Assembly: GCA_023213395.1 (NCBI GenBank)
Contig: CM041465.1
Coordinates: forward strand, 102,679,741-102,743,740
DNA: 64,000 bases
Source of the DNA: Cycas panzhihuaensis
Lineage: Eukaryota > Plantae > Cycadophyta
Reading direction: 5' to 3'
Shown: positions 14,339-28,533 of the stretch, piece by piece
How the letters are laid out: every line of letters starts with the position of its first letter
Position numbering within the stretch: the first letter of the stretch is position 1
The notes under the pieces: generated by a model
The model's database searches: none
What the model was told of the DNA's origin: nothing
Seen by the model: only the letters and a program-made list of their open reading frames with translations
Program-made: the position numbers and the translations under genes

Positions 14339-14932
14339 AAGAGCTAGTTTGATGAGCTAAAAGCTAGGTGTGTGCCAATGTGATATGGCTGTAATACAAG
14401 AATATGTTCATAAGCAATGATAGAGCTTAAATTCAATGGTGACATATTTATTAATGTGATTTTATGGATATATTTTATGCATGTGGTTAGCTAATTTTCC
14501 TGAGCATGCAGGGTTTTATTCAGCCTACACAAGATTGATAAAGAAAAAATAGGCCTTTATTATTGAAGTTCACTAATGCAGGCTTTGTGCACTCTTAAAG
14601 AAGGAAATGAAAGTATAATTTATACACATGGATGTATTGTAGATATCATGTTGTATCAATTATACTTTTGTTCACTTATGTAAGGGTGCATAAGCCTACA
14701 TTAGTGTACTCAAGCAATAACATCTTCTTCTTTATCAATCTTGTGTAAACTTAATAAAACCCTACATGCTCATGAAATTTGGCTAGCCATATGTATAAAA
14801 TTATCCACAAATTATATCAATAAATATCTCACCATTTATTTAAAACCCTATTCTTCCTTATTAACATATCCTTGTATCATGGTCATATCATATCGACACA
14901 CACTTGGCTCCTAGCTCATCAAACTGTCTCTC
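14339..14932. mobile_element. Fold-back element / long-TIR MITE (Mutator-like)
   Basis: The left ~290 bp is an imperfect reverse complement of the right ~290 bp (e.g. AGTTTGATGAGCTA / TAGCTCATCAAACT; ACACAAGATTGATAAAGAA / TTCTTTATCAATCTTGTGT). The centre is at ~14635. No clear TSD. Confidence 0.8.
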
Positions 14933-14939
14933 TGATTAA

Positions 14940-15080
14940 CTCATACTTTATAAGCTAAATAATATGTAATTACCACTTAAATCATGTGTAAGAATCTTTA
15001 CATCAATTGATCATATGTTAATCACTAATTAAACATTACATTGACTTTTATGAAATTAAATATTCTAACACTTCCCTTAA
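14940..15080 (-). repeat. LTR U3-end fragment with PPT (same family as 10449-10947)
   Basis: Ends ATTCTAACA at 15070, followed by CTTCCCTTAA (PPT TTAAGGGAAG on minus). Confidence 0.6.
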
Positions 15081-15107
15081 TATTTAATTTGTGAAACTTA
15101 ATATGTT

Positions 15108-16295
15108 TGTTGGAAGTGTTATAATAATTAGTTTCACGATTATTAGTGTAATATTTAATTAGTGGGCCAAGTGGTTAAAATTATCATTAATCAATGTGAA
15201 AAGTTTTTCACACACATAATGTGATTAGTTGATGTATCAACATAATATACTTGCTTTATAAATGAAATAAAAAATTTATAAATATATACGCATATCATTT
15301 GAACATTTTGAGGTGAGTTAATATAAATAACAAAACTCTACTATTCTTTCATGATTTTTTTTTCATCTTGAATTATCCACGTATAAATCTAATGTTGCAT
15401 GTGCTATCTTTCTTGTATGATTGTTATGTTATATTAATGTATATATACTTCATTATTATGCTTAAATATTTATCATAAACACCTCATAAATATTTATACT
15501 CCATTATTGTTTATTACAATTTAATATTAACAAATGTTTCACATATTTCTTATTCCATTATATACTTTAATATATTATTCTATGCAATAAATTTTGATAT
15601 CATATTGGAACAAAAGAAAGATTTACAAGTTACTCTTATCACAACATATTTATCTAACAGTATATTGTGTTTATTTCATAAAGTTGTTAAACTACGTATG
15701 AAAAGCGCATCATAAATAACTAGTAATTACAGTGATTGATTACCCATGCATTTCAGTAGATAGTTGTTGTTTTATATGGACATCAATGAATTGGTTAATT
15801 AATAATTTGATAAGTTTATTTGCAACTTACAAATAGAAGATATGAAGTTGATGAAGAAAAAACTCCATATATCATGACAAATTAAGAGTTATGAACTATG
15901 ATTGTTTGATTGATTGATTAAGTAATGGATTTACAGGTAATGAGCTATGGCATGACATGATTTGCTTGTAGGAAACAAGCAAAAATAAAGATAGAATTAT
16001 CTAATTAATTTACAAGTGATACAAATAAATTAAAGATACAGATAAACAAATAATCTAGTATAAAGACATGAAGATAAAGACATTTGAACAATTTCACAAA
16101 GTAAACATTAAAGAAGAATGTTGAAAATGTTGTAATAATCAATTTCATAATTATTAGTGTAATGTTTAATTAGTGGGTCAAGTGGTCAAAGTTATCATTG
16201 GTTGTGAAAAGTTTTCCACACATGTAATGTGATTGGTTATTGTATCAGCATAATAAAATTGGTCTAAGAGCTGGAGAACTTATAAATATATATAC
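15108..16295 (+). mobile_element. TRIM-like non-coding LTR element (5' LTR ~15108-15599, truncated 3' LTR from 16119)
   Basis: Direct repeat between 15108-15290 and 16119-16295, both starting TGTTG. Purine tract TTAAAGAAGAA at 16108-16118. About 520 bp of non-coding internal sequence. Confidence 0.6.
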
Positions 16296-17830
16296 ACCTT
16301 GTTTGAATAGGTGGTTCTTACACCTTAAAGATCTGCAATTCAAGTCATCAATATAGGCATGTATTAGGTAATTCATCAAGTCATAAAATACAATAGTCAT
16401 CACATGATGGTATGTAACATCCATATTAGTAAAGTCAAATGTCATTACTTTATTAGTGTAAATATAACCCATGGAATCGTGAAAGAGGTCTTAACCTAAT
16501 CTTGTTCCACCAACCGAATTTGATTATATCCTAAAAATCCATCCATTAAAGACATAACCTCAAATTAAACAGCCAAATTTGAAAATGTTGTCAATAAAAT
16601 ACAAAGGGGAGTTGTCTTTATGGCACAACTGAGATGATAAAAAAATTGATATAAATACAAATAAATTCATTCTTTTTCATAATAAACAATATATTAGAAA
16701 CCCACTTAGGATAATCAATGGTACAAATGAACTTTATCTTTAGGAGTTTATCAATTTCCTTCTTGATTATATTTGGAAGTTGTGCATTGATGGACCTTTA
16801 CATTTGCCTAACCAACTTTGCACCATGATGAGTCACAATGTTGTGCATGACAATATTAGGATCCATATTGGGCATATCATCACGAAACTCCCTAAATAAG
16901 TCAACATATTGTACACTTTCAACAGGCATGCACTTGATTTCTGATAATCCGTGGCATAGAGGTAGCAGAAATGTCAACATAAATCATGTCCCCTATAAGC
17001 ATAGGATTGACTTGCTCAAAAAACTCGAGCTAGAGGCAAAGTATCATCTAACTCAAAAAATTTACATAGGGAATGAGCATTTTGTGCTTGTAACACTTAG
17101 CTAGATCAAAAATGTCATCCTTCCTCCACATCATTTGAATGTATATTGGTGGAAGAAAGAAAGAATGGATAGGCATGCTTGTGATGAAACTCATCATAGG
17201 GTGAGTTACCACCGTATAAAAATTCCAAGAGTGCCTCATCATCCCGAAAGACATCAAAGTGACATAATGTGTCAATGTCAATGGCAAGAACCTCTTTGCT
17301 AAGGTGTCGATTCAACCTCGTCCTCTTTAATAGGAGGCACTAGCCCATATAAGTCCACACTATATCCTTCAACTATTTATTATGATTGATGTTGATGAAA
17401 GGGACAACTTGCTGATGCAATACATCTTTTGGCCATTTTAAGTTGATAGTTGAACAATTTAACCAGCCTCACCTGGCTCCCATCTAAAAATTGGACTTCT
17501 CCAAAATGAAAAGATGACATGACTAGCATGGAATGAATCCAACTGCCACTAAGTAAAATGTTATAGTTCAAGGCTAAATCTACAACCACCACATCTATCT
17601 CTACAATATTTTCCTCGAAGGTAATGAGAAAATTAATAATCCTGTTGGGCGATGGCCTCTTCGCTAAGTTGAATGTCTTGATCGTTGCATTTATCCATCT
17701 TCTTGAGTTGTAGCGCATACATAAGAGAAATGGACAATCTTTAATGGTGGCCTATGAGCTATGATAGACCCATGCACCTTTTCCCCATTTATGATAGCCT
17801 GGTCTAAAGGCAAACCTGGGTCTAACACCG
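16260..17830 (-). pseudogene. Tat/Ogre-type gypsy protease-RT fragment
   Basis: ORFs contain YNILLSGSWIH (YN.LLGRPW.H motif), DMPNMDPNIVMH (DMPG.DP..V.H motif) and HAYIDDL (RT YxDD). Confidence 0.8.
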
Positions 17831-18862
17831 ATAAGGCTATGTTAGGCAACAAAGTGGAAGGATCAAAGAGAAGAACGTGAGAAGAAATACGAGAAGACTA
17901 AATCTCGAGAGATTAGGGCAACTATGCCTTTGATTCAGACAAAACTCCAACAAGTCATAAAGAAATAAAAATATAGATACAAGCCTGACAAGCAATAAAA
18001 AATTGAATCTCGATAAAAGGAAATAATCATCCAAAAAGGTCTGCATTGACAGAAGGGTCTTTAACTTTTTAGAAGCTCAAAGAGGAATGAACAACTGGAT
18101 CAGAGATTACATTATATCTTCAGCTCCATAATTATTGTCTGTAATATTAATTTTTACAAGTCCAAATGATTTCAATTCCAACAATGGCAGTAAATACAGC
18201 CTAGGTTAAAATGGAATGGCCTGCCTGAGCTTAATCCTCTACTTCATTATGCCTTTTGCTCATACATCCACCAGAGTAAACAAACAGGTCATTGCGCTCG
18301 TGCCGTTCATGTATAAGGCAAGTTTGTGATGCACATCTGCCAATGGCCAAATGGGTGCTCATACAGAGATGGCACCAATCACTGCGAATGTTAGATGACA
18401 GAAATGTTCCACTATATACTTTGAATAGCAAAATGATGAATGCATAAACTTTAATATCATTGATCAAAATGGCAACTATAATACTACGTGAATCCAACAG
18501 ACAAATCAGACAATAGCAGCTTCTGTTTGTCCCATCAATTTTTTAACAACCGAAATAACCAAAACTAGGCTAACAATTAAACAAATTATTAATTATCATA
18601 ACAAAATGGTGTTAACCTCAATTCATTTTTCATTGTGCTCAAGTGGTGGCTCTTGATAAACGCTGCCAAATTCCAACTGCTGTTTAAGAAATTTTTGGAT
18701 GCCAAATATTTAAATCATTTTCATGCCAAAAAGAATGTAACATGATGGAATTACAACCCACATAATCTGGGGTTAGTTGAAATGTAAGAGATCTGGACTC
18801 AATGTCTAGCAGATTTCCACTGGAACAGAAATTATAATGAGGACATTTCTCATGTGCATAAT

Positions 18863-19183
18863 TCAGCTGGAGAAGCCTACCTCAACCACAAGGCCTTCAC
18901 TTTGCCCTTTCCGAGCCTTCTCTTGTGGTGTTTCTGAGGTACCTTCACCCTCATTTGAAGATTGTTCACCTTTCTTCTTCTTTTTAAGCCCTGCCTTCTC
19001 CCGAATATCATCAAGTTTTTCAAATATTTTCTTCCTCACATCAGGGTTCACAGTCCGTGCTTCAACGGATTGCACAGGTTGCAAAAGTACTGTCAAAAAT
19101 GATGTCCCAACACACAAAAGAGTCTCCCTCCGCAAACAGAGAGGTTGCGTATTCAGTGTTTTGATTTGTTGGCTTCTTATCTC
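18863..19183 (-). CDS. Probable internal or last exon of a host gene for a small uncharacterised plastid/thylakoid-type protein
   Basis: Polypyrimidine tract and AG acceptor (TTTTTTTCTGTTTGAAG|GAG) at 19184/19183, then an open frame to TGA at 18863. The peptide LRRETLLCVGTSFLTVLLQPVQSVEA|RTVNPDVRKKIFEKLDDIREKAG has RR, a hydrophobic core and a V-E-A cleavage-like motif. No TE motifs. A possible donor GAG|GTAGGC at 18881 makes the 3' end uncertain. Confidence 0.6.
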   Translation of the reverse strand, partial: EIRSQQIKTLNTQPLCLRRETLLCVGTSFLTVLLQPVQSVEARTVNPDVRKKIFEKLDDIREKAGLKKKKKGEQSSNEGEGTSETPQEKARKGQSEGLVVEVGFSS

Positions 19184-20681
19184 CTTCAAACAGAAAAAAA
19201 GCATAGTCAAATTATAATTTGATAAAGCAGCTTTGATCTCAGAAACCCATAAAAACTAAACATTTTACAAGGTCTGCAATTTTGCCAAGAAGTCATGTGC
19301 AAAGCTATACTGGAATTTAATTTTAAATAACCCAATGTGACAATACATCCTTGACCAATAAAGATAAATATACCTTTGAAAGTAGAGATTACAAACAAAG
19401 GAGCATGCTTCAGAATCCCAAAGCTCATGAGAAATGCAAAATATAAAATATATTCATGGAGTCCACTTCTAAATTAGACAAATATGTTTTTCATGTGGTT
19501 CAATGTTGGCTTGTCACTGGCACGCAATATTATTTGCCTTCTTTGCCATCTTCCCCTTTGCACACCAAGTCACCTACTTAAATTATCCACCTCATACAGG
19601 ATCTCTCTAAGTCTGATGTGGAAAATATAAGAGGTGCAATTCAAAACTCATGCTAAGCTGACTAAGACTTATATTAAGGATTCTTCCATGAGTCTATTTC
19701 AACCATAGTACAGGTGAAAGATGAAATGTCTTCTATCAATGATGATACGCATTGTGTTGATGGATCATATCAGATCATATATTATGTGCCTACTCATGTT
19801 TCTGAATGATACTAAAACTCTACTAGGGGGCTTGAAAAGCCTCACAGCTAGCTAAAGACCTATTCATTCTCATGAAATAGCATTCTGAACTTGAAGGAGC
19901 AAATCTCTACAAAAATCACCAGTTGAAAATGAAGCAAAGTGATCCAACGGGGAAGGCTACAATTTTCTAGGGGATTTCCATTGAATGGCGATTTCCAACA
20001 CACATGGGGAAAAAAAAATATGAGAAGAAACAGGTAGGGAGTCACATGACTATGAGACACTGCGCTCTGAACATGATTATGATGCAGTTGAATAGACATC
20101 TTCTCATTCAAGTAGGTTCTTCCCCTTGCCATGATTCTTATGGTCCTTTGAAGGAGGAATGTAATAGACCTAAATGTGCCTAAAACCATCCTAAATAAAG
20201 AGAGAATTCAGTAAACAATGATTAGGGATTTAGTTAGACTAATTGTCGTTAATGAAGGAAGGTGTTTATTACACAAAGATATATATTCTTTCAAGTAGAT
20301 ACTATAAGTATACAAGGTTATTATTGTATCGATCATCCATTTGAATTTAAATATATCCTGTCTTATGGCATTTGACTTTTGTCCTATCATTTGTGCACCA
20401 TTTTCTGTCTCCTTTAGAAATTGACCACCTAGGGTAGTTCCAAGTGGTATCAAAGCAACATCTAGGCATTTGGGCTTTAAAAATCTCTGACTGCACTTTT
20501 TGGGCCTCCATCAGATAAATTGGTCAATTTTGGATGTGCAGTTGAGGTGACCACATATTTCCCAGTTTTTAAGGTATTATATGGCATGCTTTGTGTCGAT
20601 AGTCCAACAGATATTTGCTTTTCAAATTCAGCCTACTATCAAGATTTCAACCAAACTTGATGCAAAAAAAAAAAGAAAATA

Positions 20682-21296
20682 AACTAAATTTTGGGTTTGT
20701 TATCATTATGACACAATATCAAACACACTCGCAAGATACAAGCACATTAATATAGAAGCATTTAACATCAAGTCTAATATATCACATGATCAACAATAGG
20801 GCATACAACCACCAATAACGAACAATGAAATATGAATCAAACATTCAATTTTGACAGGCATGATTTATAGTGGTAAAACCTCAAAACAATCCACTTTGAA
20901 GATATGAGATCTCATTAATAAAAGATGATATATAATAAATCTCATGATGAGAGCACACTAGTTTCCATTGCAGATGAACTAGGTGTCTAAGTGACTATCC
21001 ATGAACAAGCTTTGCCTTTTTATAGAAATAGGCCACCTCATTAAGAACCAATGCTGTTGCATGGAACATTCACCAATACAATCATGTGCGAGAACCTACA
21101 AGTCTTCTTATGGCATAACTATGCACTTGCACAATATTTTATAATGCTCACAAACTCACAAACTAGAGAGAGTATGTCTAATGACTCCATCGCAATGTGA
21201 CCACTAGGCAACATTGCATGACTAGAGCATGAGCGCTAAATACATATGACCATAATAATCATTGATTGACCATAGATTAAACATTATTCTTTAATA
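20682..21296 (-). repeat. 3' LTR of element G
   Basis: Aligns along its length with 30943-31559. Confidence 0.8.
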
Positions 21297-22957
21297 CTCT
21301 CCCTTAATGTTTAATCTTGTTTTTCCTGTCACATCACCACACTTTGTCTTCGTTTCTAAATTGCTTCACGTGTGCTTCTTCCTTTAACCATAGATTAAAC
21401 ATTGCTCTCTAATACTCTCCCTTAATGTTTAATCTCGTTTTTCTTATCACATCACCACACTTTGTCTCTGTGCTTGTTCCTCTTCTCCAACACCTAAGAA
21501 GAAACCTACCTTCACCTTGGTTGTCCATCTACAAAAACCTGCAACCCAACCACAATAACAAAGCACAAGTATCCATTGCAATTCCTATTGCCATCCACAA
21601 AGAATATTCCAACCATGAACTCAATGCATGATTTCAATTGAAGAAACTTCAATTGAAAAATTCAAAATGAAACACATAACCAGTTACTATAAATGCAAAA
21701 TGCATTCTTTCTTCGATGTGACATTTCACACATTTATCCTTTGTCTTCACGTACTTGTTACTGGAAAGTCTTCACATCATTGCTCGTCTTCATGTTTCAT
21801 GCAAGTGTGCACCACTACCTAAAATTGCAGAAACTTACAAGCTTGTTCTATTTCATATGCAAAAATCACCAAAAAACATTGCAAAATACCTACAACTATT
21901 TGTTGCAATTCGTACAATCTTACAACCATCATTTTTTTCCACATCAGAATATCATGAAATAGATTATATACATGAAGTATCACTCCAAAGAGTTAATTTT
22001 GAAGTAAATAACAAGCCAACACAAATCATCAACCTTGGAATTGCAAGCATTTAGCTTTTTCAATTGTCACAAGCTCTAAACCATAAACCAAACCAAAATT
22101 CACCAAATCTGTTAGCAAACAATTTGTGTGCTACATCATCTATCTACTATACTAACTCTATCTCTAATTTATCCTTGATGTATCACTTTAGTTCTTCGAC
22201 AAAAGTATATATATTAATTGAACTCCTTCACCTTTCATTCTTTAAATCTTTTCCTAGCTAGAGTCCTTCACATTCCATATGTTGGAATTAATCAACATCT
22301 TTTACATACAAGATACCACACATGTAATATCATTATAGTTTGCATGTATCACCGAATCACATAGATAACTAGTCGTTGTGCTCATTGTCTTATAGGATGC
22401 ATTCCAGATATGAGACTTATAACTTGTGGTAGACTTATCCAGAACCATTTGCTTATTTCAATCCTATGATTCAACACTACATGATACTTCTGGCTAATAT
22501 AAACAAATTGAGACCATATCATTACAAGTCTTTATACAATTGCATTTCACATTACATGTTTGCCAAACAAAGATGTCAAATTCCATGGCCTTCTAATGTC
22601 CACTACACTACAATGCATCATAACTCTGCATTGTTAACAATCAATAGTGGACACAATACATATACTGCAAAACATCATTATCTGCTTTACGTCACCAATA
22701 GTATTAACATCTTCAACTTATCCACACCAAAGAAACATTTGTAGAACTTTTGCAATTATTGCAATTCAACAATTTCACCAGGAGTTTTCCCATCTCCTAG
22801 AATTGACTGGCATTTAATCAAGGTGATCAACACATATCAAGGTGGTCAACTTCCATTCGACTCTCTATCAGTTGAAAAACTTCATCAAAGATCTCTTTTT
22901 TTGTGCCAATAAATAACATTAAGATTCTAGCAAACAAAGGACAAAATTTCCCTCTAA

Positions 22958-23008
22958 TCTCTCTCTCTCTCTCTCACTCACTCACACACACACACACACA
23001 CACACACA
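22958..23008. repeat. Compound (TC)n(AC)n microsatellite
   Basis: Read directly from the sequence. Confidence 0.95.
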
Positions 23009-23357
23009 TCATTAAAACAGTTCTCTTAAGCTTGAAAATGAGCCAAAACAAGTTTTATGTTTTTTGAGTATTGTTTTCCCTCAAAAATACATAACAATCA
23101 ATATGTGTCTAGGAACTATCAAATTGCCACATTAAATGAAACTATGCATAGAAAAACTTCAAAACATGAACCTACAAGAGTATCAATTTCCACTTGAGTC
23201 AAATTTGCCAATTAAAATATTGATCAAAATAGAATGAAAAAAGATTCATATGACCATCCCTTTTGAAGCCACTAGAGCTTGCTTTCCAATGCAACTCACA
23301 ATTCTGAAATCTTTGTATATAAAAGTTATGGCAAAAATATTACATGCATGTCATGAA

Positions 23358-26300
23358 TGTTAAATTCACATATAGAAAATTGATGTGAAAAATGACTTGT
23401 ATTGCAATGAGACAATGTCTCCTTAAATATACACGATTCAATACAACTGTTACAAATTGGTTTGTAACCAACTCTCCAGATCATGACACGTGTCAAACTA
23501 AAAGATGGAGTTACAAATAAGGGTTTATAACATTATCCCTTTTACAATTAGGATATAACATCATACTCTAACACCCTCTCTTAATGTTATATCCTCTTTC
23601 AAACGTATCTTATTTCTAAGAATTTGAAACCTATCCTTTCCAAAAGCCTTCGTCAATATATCTGCAACTTGTTCTAATGTAGGACAGTATGTCAAATCAA
23701 TTTCTTTGTTCTGAACTCTCTACCTTATGAAATGATGATGTACTTCTATGTGTTTTGTTCTTGTGTGAAGAACTAGGTTCTTGGTCAGCTTGATTACACT
23801 TTGATTGTCACAATTCAAAATTGTTGTTGTATATTGTTGTTGATCCAAAGCTGCTACAAGTTGTCTCAGCCATATCGTTTCGCTTGTGGCACTTACTACA
23901 GATTTGTATTCAGCCTCTATTGAAGACAGTGCAACTGTAGTCTACCTTTTACTACTCCAAGAGATTGTTGCTGACCCAAGACAGAAGCAATAACCACTTG
24001 TCGATTTTCTTTGCTCTGTCTCTTGCCCAATCAGAGTCACAGAACCCTAACAACTTTGTTGAATTTTCCCTGGGATAGATCAATTTCAGATGAATTGATC
24101 CCTTCAAATACCTTAATATTCTTTTGGCAACTTTCTAGTGTTTTATTTTGGGTTCTTACATGTATCTCGAAACTAGACCTACTGAATATGATACGTCTGG
24201 TCTAGTTGCACTGAGATAGATAAGACTTCTGATTAATTGCCTGTACAGAGTTGCATTAGCCAAGGGTTCTTTTTCCTTTATGACTAGGTTGCAATTTACC
24301 TCCATAGGTGTTGCACATGGATTGTAATTTTCCATCTGAAATTTAACTAATAAATCTTTAACGTATTTGCTTTGGGATAGAGTGACTGAGTCCTCTAGTC
24401 GATTGACTTCCAATCCAATATAATACCTTAGAAGACCCAAATCTATCATTTCAAATTCTCCTTCTAGTTGTTTCTTCAAGTTTTTAATTGAATCATCATC
24501 ACTCCTTATAAGTATCATATCATCTACAAAAACTGCAACTATGGTGATTAGTCCATTTCTTTTCTTTATATACAGACTCGAATTAGAGTTGGAGCATCTA
24601 AAGTCATTCTGACACAGATGTTTGTTCAATTTGGCATACCAAGCCCGAAGGGCTTGTTTTAAGCCATACAACTCTTTCTTCAATTTACAAACCATGGGTT
24701 CCTATCCTTCTTTGATGTACCCTTTTAGTTGAACCATATAGACTTCCTCTTCTAGCTCTCCATTTAGGAAAGCACTTTTAACATCCAGATGAAACATTTT
24801 CCAGTTTTGTTGAGTAGCCAAGGCAATAATTATTCTCACTATATTCAATTTGGCTACAAGAGAAAAGGTTTCTTCAAAATCTATTCCAATTGTCTATGTA
24901 TAGCCTTTGGCAACAAGTCTTGCCTTGTATTTTTTTATTTTTCCATTTGCCCCTTCTTTGACTTTATAAACCCATTTACAGTTAATCACAGGTTTATTGG
25001 GAGGTAGCTCAACTAATTCCCATGTCTGATTTTTGGCAATTGATTTCATTTCTGAATCCATTGTTGTTCTCCATTCTGGTTGTTCTTTTGCTTCTTGAAA
25101 TGATTGCGGCCTCAACACTGTTGTATAATGCCTGTGATTTTTGACTTCTGGTTTTGTGTGTGAACAAATCCCCTTTTTCCTTCTTCAATTGTTTTGATGT
25201 ACCATCTTGGTACTTTCTTTTCCTCTCTTGATTCTTCTTCAGTGGCTGAATCTTCTTATCGTTGTTCCTCCTGTACTAAATCTTCATGCAGCACTGGCAA
25301 AGATTCTGATGTTTGAGAGATTTCTTCTGATGTAAGTTCTAAGGTTTCTTCCATAGTGACCTCTTGAGGTATTGCTTGTGATCCTTCTTCAATTTGTTTG
25401 AATTGAGATTTGTTGTCCTGATCAACTTCTTCATTAAACACAACATCTCTACTTACATAGATTCTGTTAGTCTTAGGATCTATGCATTTATATGCCTTTG
25501 ATTTTTTGTTGTATCCTATCAAGATACATTCTATACTCTTAGCATTGAGTTTTGATCTTCTTTTATCAGGAACTTGAACGAAAGCTTGACATCCAAATAC
25601 TTTTAAATTACTTACATCAAGCTTCTTACCTGTCCAAGCTTCCTTCGGAGTGATTTGTTCCAGTGCTTTTAACAGGCGGTGTTGACAACTTCTGCCCAGT
25701 AAGTCTTGAAACTTGTTTTTCAAAAACCATGCTTCGAGCCATTTCCATGATGGTTCTGTTTTTTCTTTCAGCAATTCCATTTGATTGAAGGGTATAGGGA
25801 GTTGTGAATTGCCTCTATATCCCATTTATTTTGCAAAAATTCAGGAAGTCTTTTAATATATATTCTCCATTGCCATCAGATCTAATACACTTTATTTTAG
25901 CTCTAGATTCTAACTCTACTTCTACTTTGAATTCCTTGAAGATTTCAAAAACTTCAGACTTATTATGGAGGAAGTATACCCATACCTTTCGAGTAAAGTC
26001 ATCAATGAAAGTTAAAAAAATATCTGCATCCATTGATTGAAAGTGGAGTGAAGGGACCACATAAATTGGTGTGAACTAGTTCCAATTTATTTTGGGTACA
26101 CCAATTGCTTTCTTTGAATGGAAGTCAATGCTGCTCCCCAACCTTTACCAAAAAAATTTCAGAGATGATGGGAAGTAGACCAATTACCATGCCAGATTTT
26201 CCCAATAACTTCAATGTATCTATAGGGAGATGTCCATACTTCAAATGCCAAACTTTATTATCAAAATTTACAGCAATACATGCTTTTATACCCAATTTGG

Positions 26301-28533
26301 GGTTTACAAGATTTGATAGCAATTTATATAGATCATTGCATATTATGCCCTTGGTTATTACATTGCCATCATTTTTCATATCCATTACATAACAATAGCC
26401 CTCCTCATCGAATACAATTCTTAGCACCTTTTTGCTAAGTTGTGATACTGACAAAAGATTTATTTTTAGACCTCGTACAAGCAACACATTCCCTATCTTT
26501 TTCACATTGCCCTGTAGATTGACTGCTATGGTACCAACTCCCTTTATATCCAGCAGATACTTATCTCCTAATTCAACTAATTTATCAATATTATATGGTT
26601 TTAGTAACTCAAACCAATCTTCTCGATTGGTCATGTGACGGGAGGCACCTGAGTCAATATACCAAACATCTTGATCATGTGGGCCAACAAATAGAGTAGT
26701 GATGAATGTTGTTTCTTCCTCCTCTTCCTCTGTCTGCTCCTTGCTATAGTTCCCAACCAGGCGTTTCTCTCTTTGAATGTCTGCTCTTCTTTGTGGACAT
26801 TGATAGGGATAATGACCAGGCTATCCACAATGATAACAAGGTCAAAGGCTCTACATGTGCTTGAGAGATGTCCAGGCTTACTACAACTGTAGCAGATTCA
26901 TGTATCTCTTGAGCGACCATGTCCTCTGTTATCCTACCATCAACCACGAGTAGGGCTTCTAGCATCCGGAACACGTCCTCTCCCATGTGATTGACTTCTT
27001 CCTCTGGCACCCAGGTTCAATCTAGATACAAAGGCATCTTCAATCTCTGTAGTGTCTTCATAGCACTTATTCCTCTGCTCCTGTCTAAGTAATAAACCAA
27101 TAAATGTATCAAGTGACATTTTATCAATCTGGTTATTACTTATTATGGTGTTGATGGTTACATCAAACAATTTTGGTAGCTTGCTTACTACCATCTCTAC
27201 TAATTCTTACTCTGAAATAGTAGCACCTGCGCTTAAGAGATCATTTCTTATCGAAACAACTTTGTGAATAAATGCAGATACAGTGTCAGATTCCTTCGTA
27301 TGCAAGTTAAATAACTCCTCAAGGGCTATTATTCTAGCCTTATTCTTTTGACTGTACAGATTTTTTAAACAAGTCCATATTGCAGATGAAGAATTTAAAT
27401 TTTCCATATACACAAGGAGAGGATCTGAAACTGAAAGTTTAAGGATAATTACACCTATATTATCTCTTTCTATCCAGCTGGCCAGATCAACACTTGTAGC
27501 AGCAAGTCGGGCTTCAGCTCCGTTTGCAATGTTCCATGCATTCTTGGCTCTCAAAAGGGTTTCTATCTTAATTTTCCAGATGTGGTAGTTTATATCTGTC
27601 AATTTGTCTTGATCAGACAAAGCCAAAATTGTAGAGACCATTCTAAAAAGCAAAAAATTGTTCAGGCGATTCGACCATACAATCATTTTAATTGCATACA
27701 AAATCCTAATTGTACGAATCAAGACAATATCTAACTCAAAAGAAAGATAATCTCATGCACATCACAAATCTATAATTATTTTGTAAAAACAATCTTCAAA
27801 AAGTGAGATATTTAACCTGAAAGGCAGAGAGGGGTGGCCAGGGTTTCGAAGAAAAAATCTTCGAATCCACCGAAATCTTTCACCAATTCTTACAAAATAT
27901 GTCTCAATCTCTTCAATTTAAAGATGCTCAGATTATACAACCGAATTTAATCGAGAAAATCAAAGATTTTTCAAGAAAAATCAAGAAAAGAGCCTCAAAC
28001 CTGTACGGTTAGAAAAAAAAGTTGAAACAACTTCAAAACAAGCTCGAATCACTTCGTGCCTGAAGAAAGAAATGATGTATGTACTGAGACGAACCTGCTG
28101 GTCAATTTTCATTCAAATCTGAGCACTTTTGAAAAATGGTGTTTGTACATGACTATACACCTTTGTACTGCAATAAATTTTGCAATCTTCAACCTTTGGA
28201 ACTTTGTCCTTTATGCCTCCCTTGAGTTCCAGAATGATTTGATTTGATCTAGCCCATAATTCTTCTTACAACAGCACTTTCCTTGTCAGGTAGACAAACT
28301 AACCTGCTCTAATACCATGTTAAATTCACATACAGAAAATTGATGTGAAAAATGACTTGTATTGCAGTGAGACAATGTCTCCTTAAATATACATGATTCA
28401 ATACAATCGTTACAAATTGGTTTGTAGCCGACTCTCCAAATCATGACACATGTCAAACTGAAAGATGGAGTTACAAAGAAGGGTTTATAACATTACCCCT
28501 TTTACAATTAGGATATAACATTATACTCTAACA
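23358..28533 (-). mobile_element. Element H: full-length Ty1/copia (5.2 kb, 216-bp LTRs), disabled
   Basis: LTRs at 23358-23573 and 28318-28533, ~13 substitutions by eye, mostly transitions. TSD ATGAA/ACGAA. PBS at 28306-28317 and PPT at 23574-23584. Confidence 0.95.
23600..27641 (-). pseudogene. Frameshifted gag-pol of copia H
   Basis: ORF pieces in copia order: gag (NYHIWK), zinc-knuckle region, protease (DSGAS), GAG-pre-integrase (WHLKYGH), integrase (FIDDFTRK, RSDG), RT (LYGLKQA, FVDD) and RNase H. Confidence 0.9.

Noticed and set aside
18837-19217. Plus-strand 126-aa ORF
   Set aside because: It is the antisense shadow of the minus-strand exon.
19860-20190. Upstream exon of the host gene (ORF 19860-20189 follows an acceptor-like TTTATTTAG|G)
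   Set aside because: The peptide is not transit-peptide-like, no convincing in-phase donor was found, and I recognise no homology. It cannot be excluded without RNA data.
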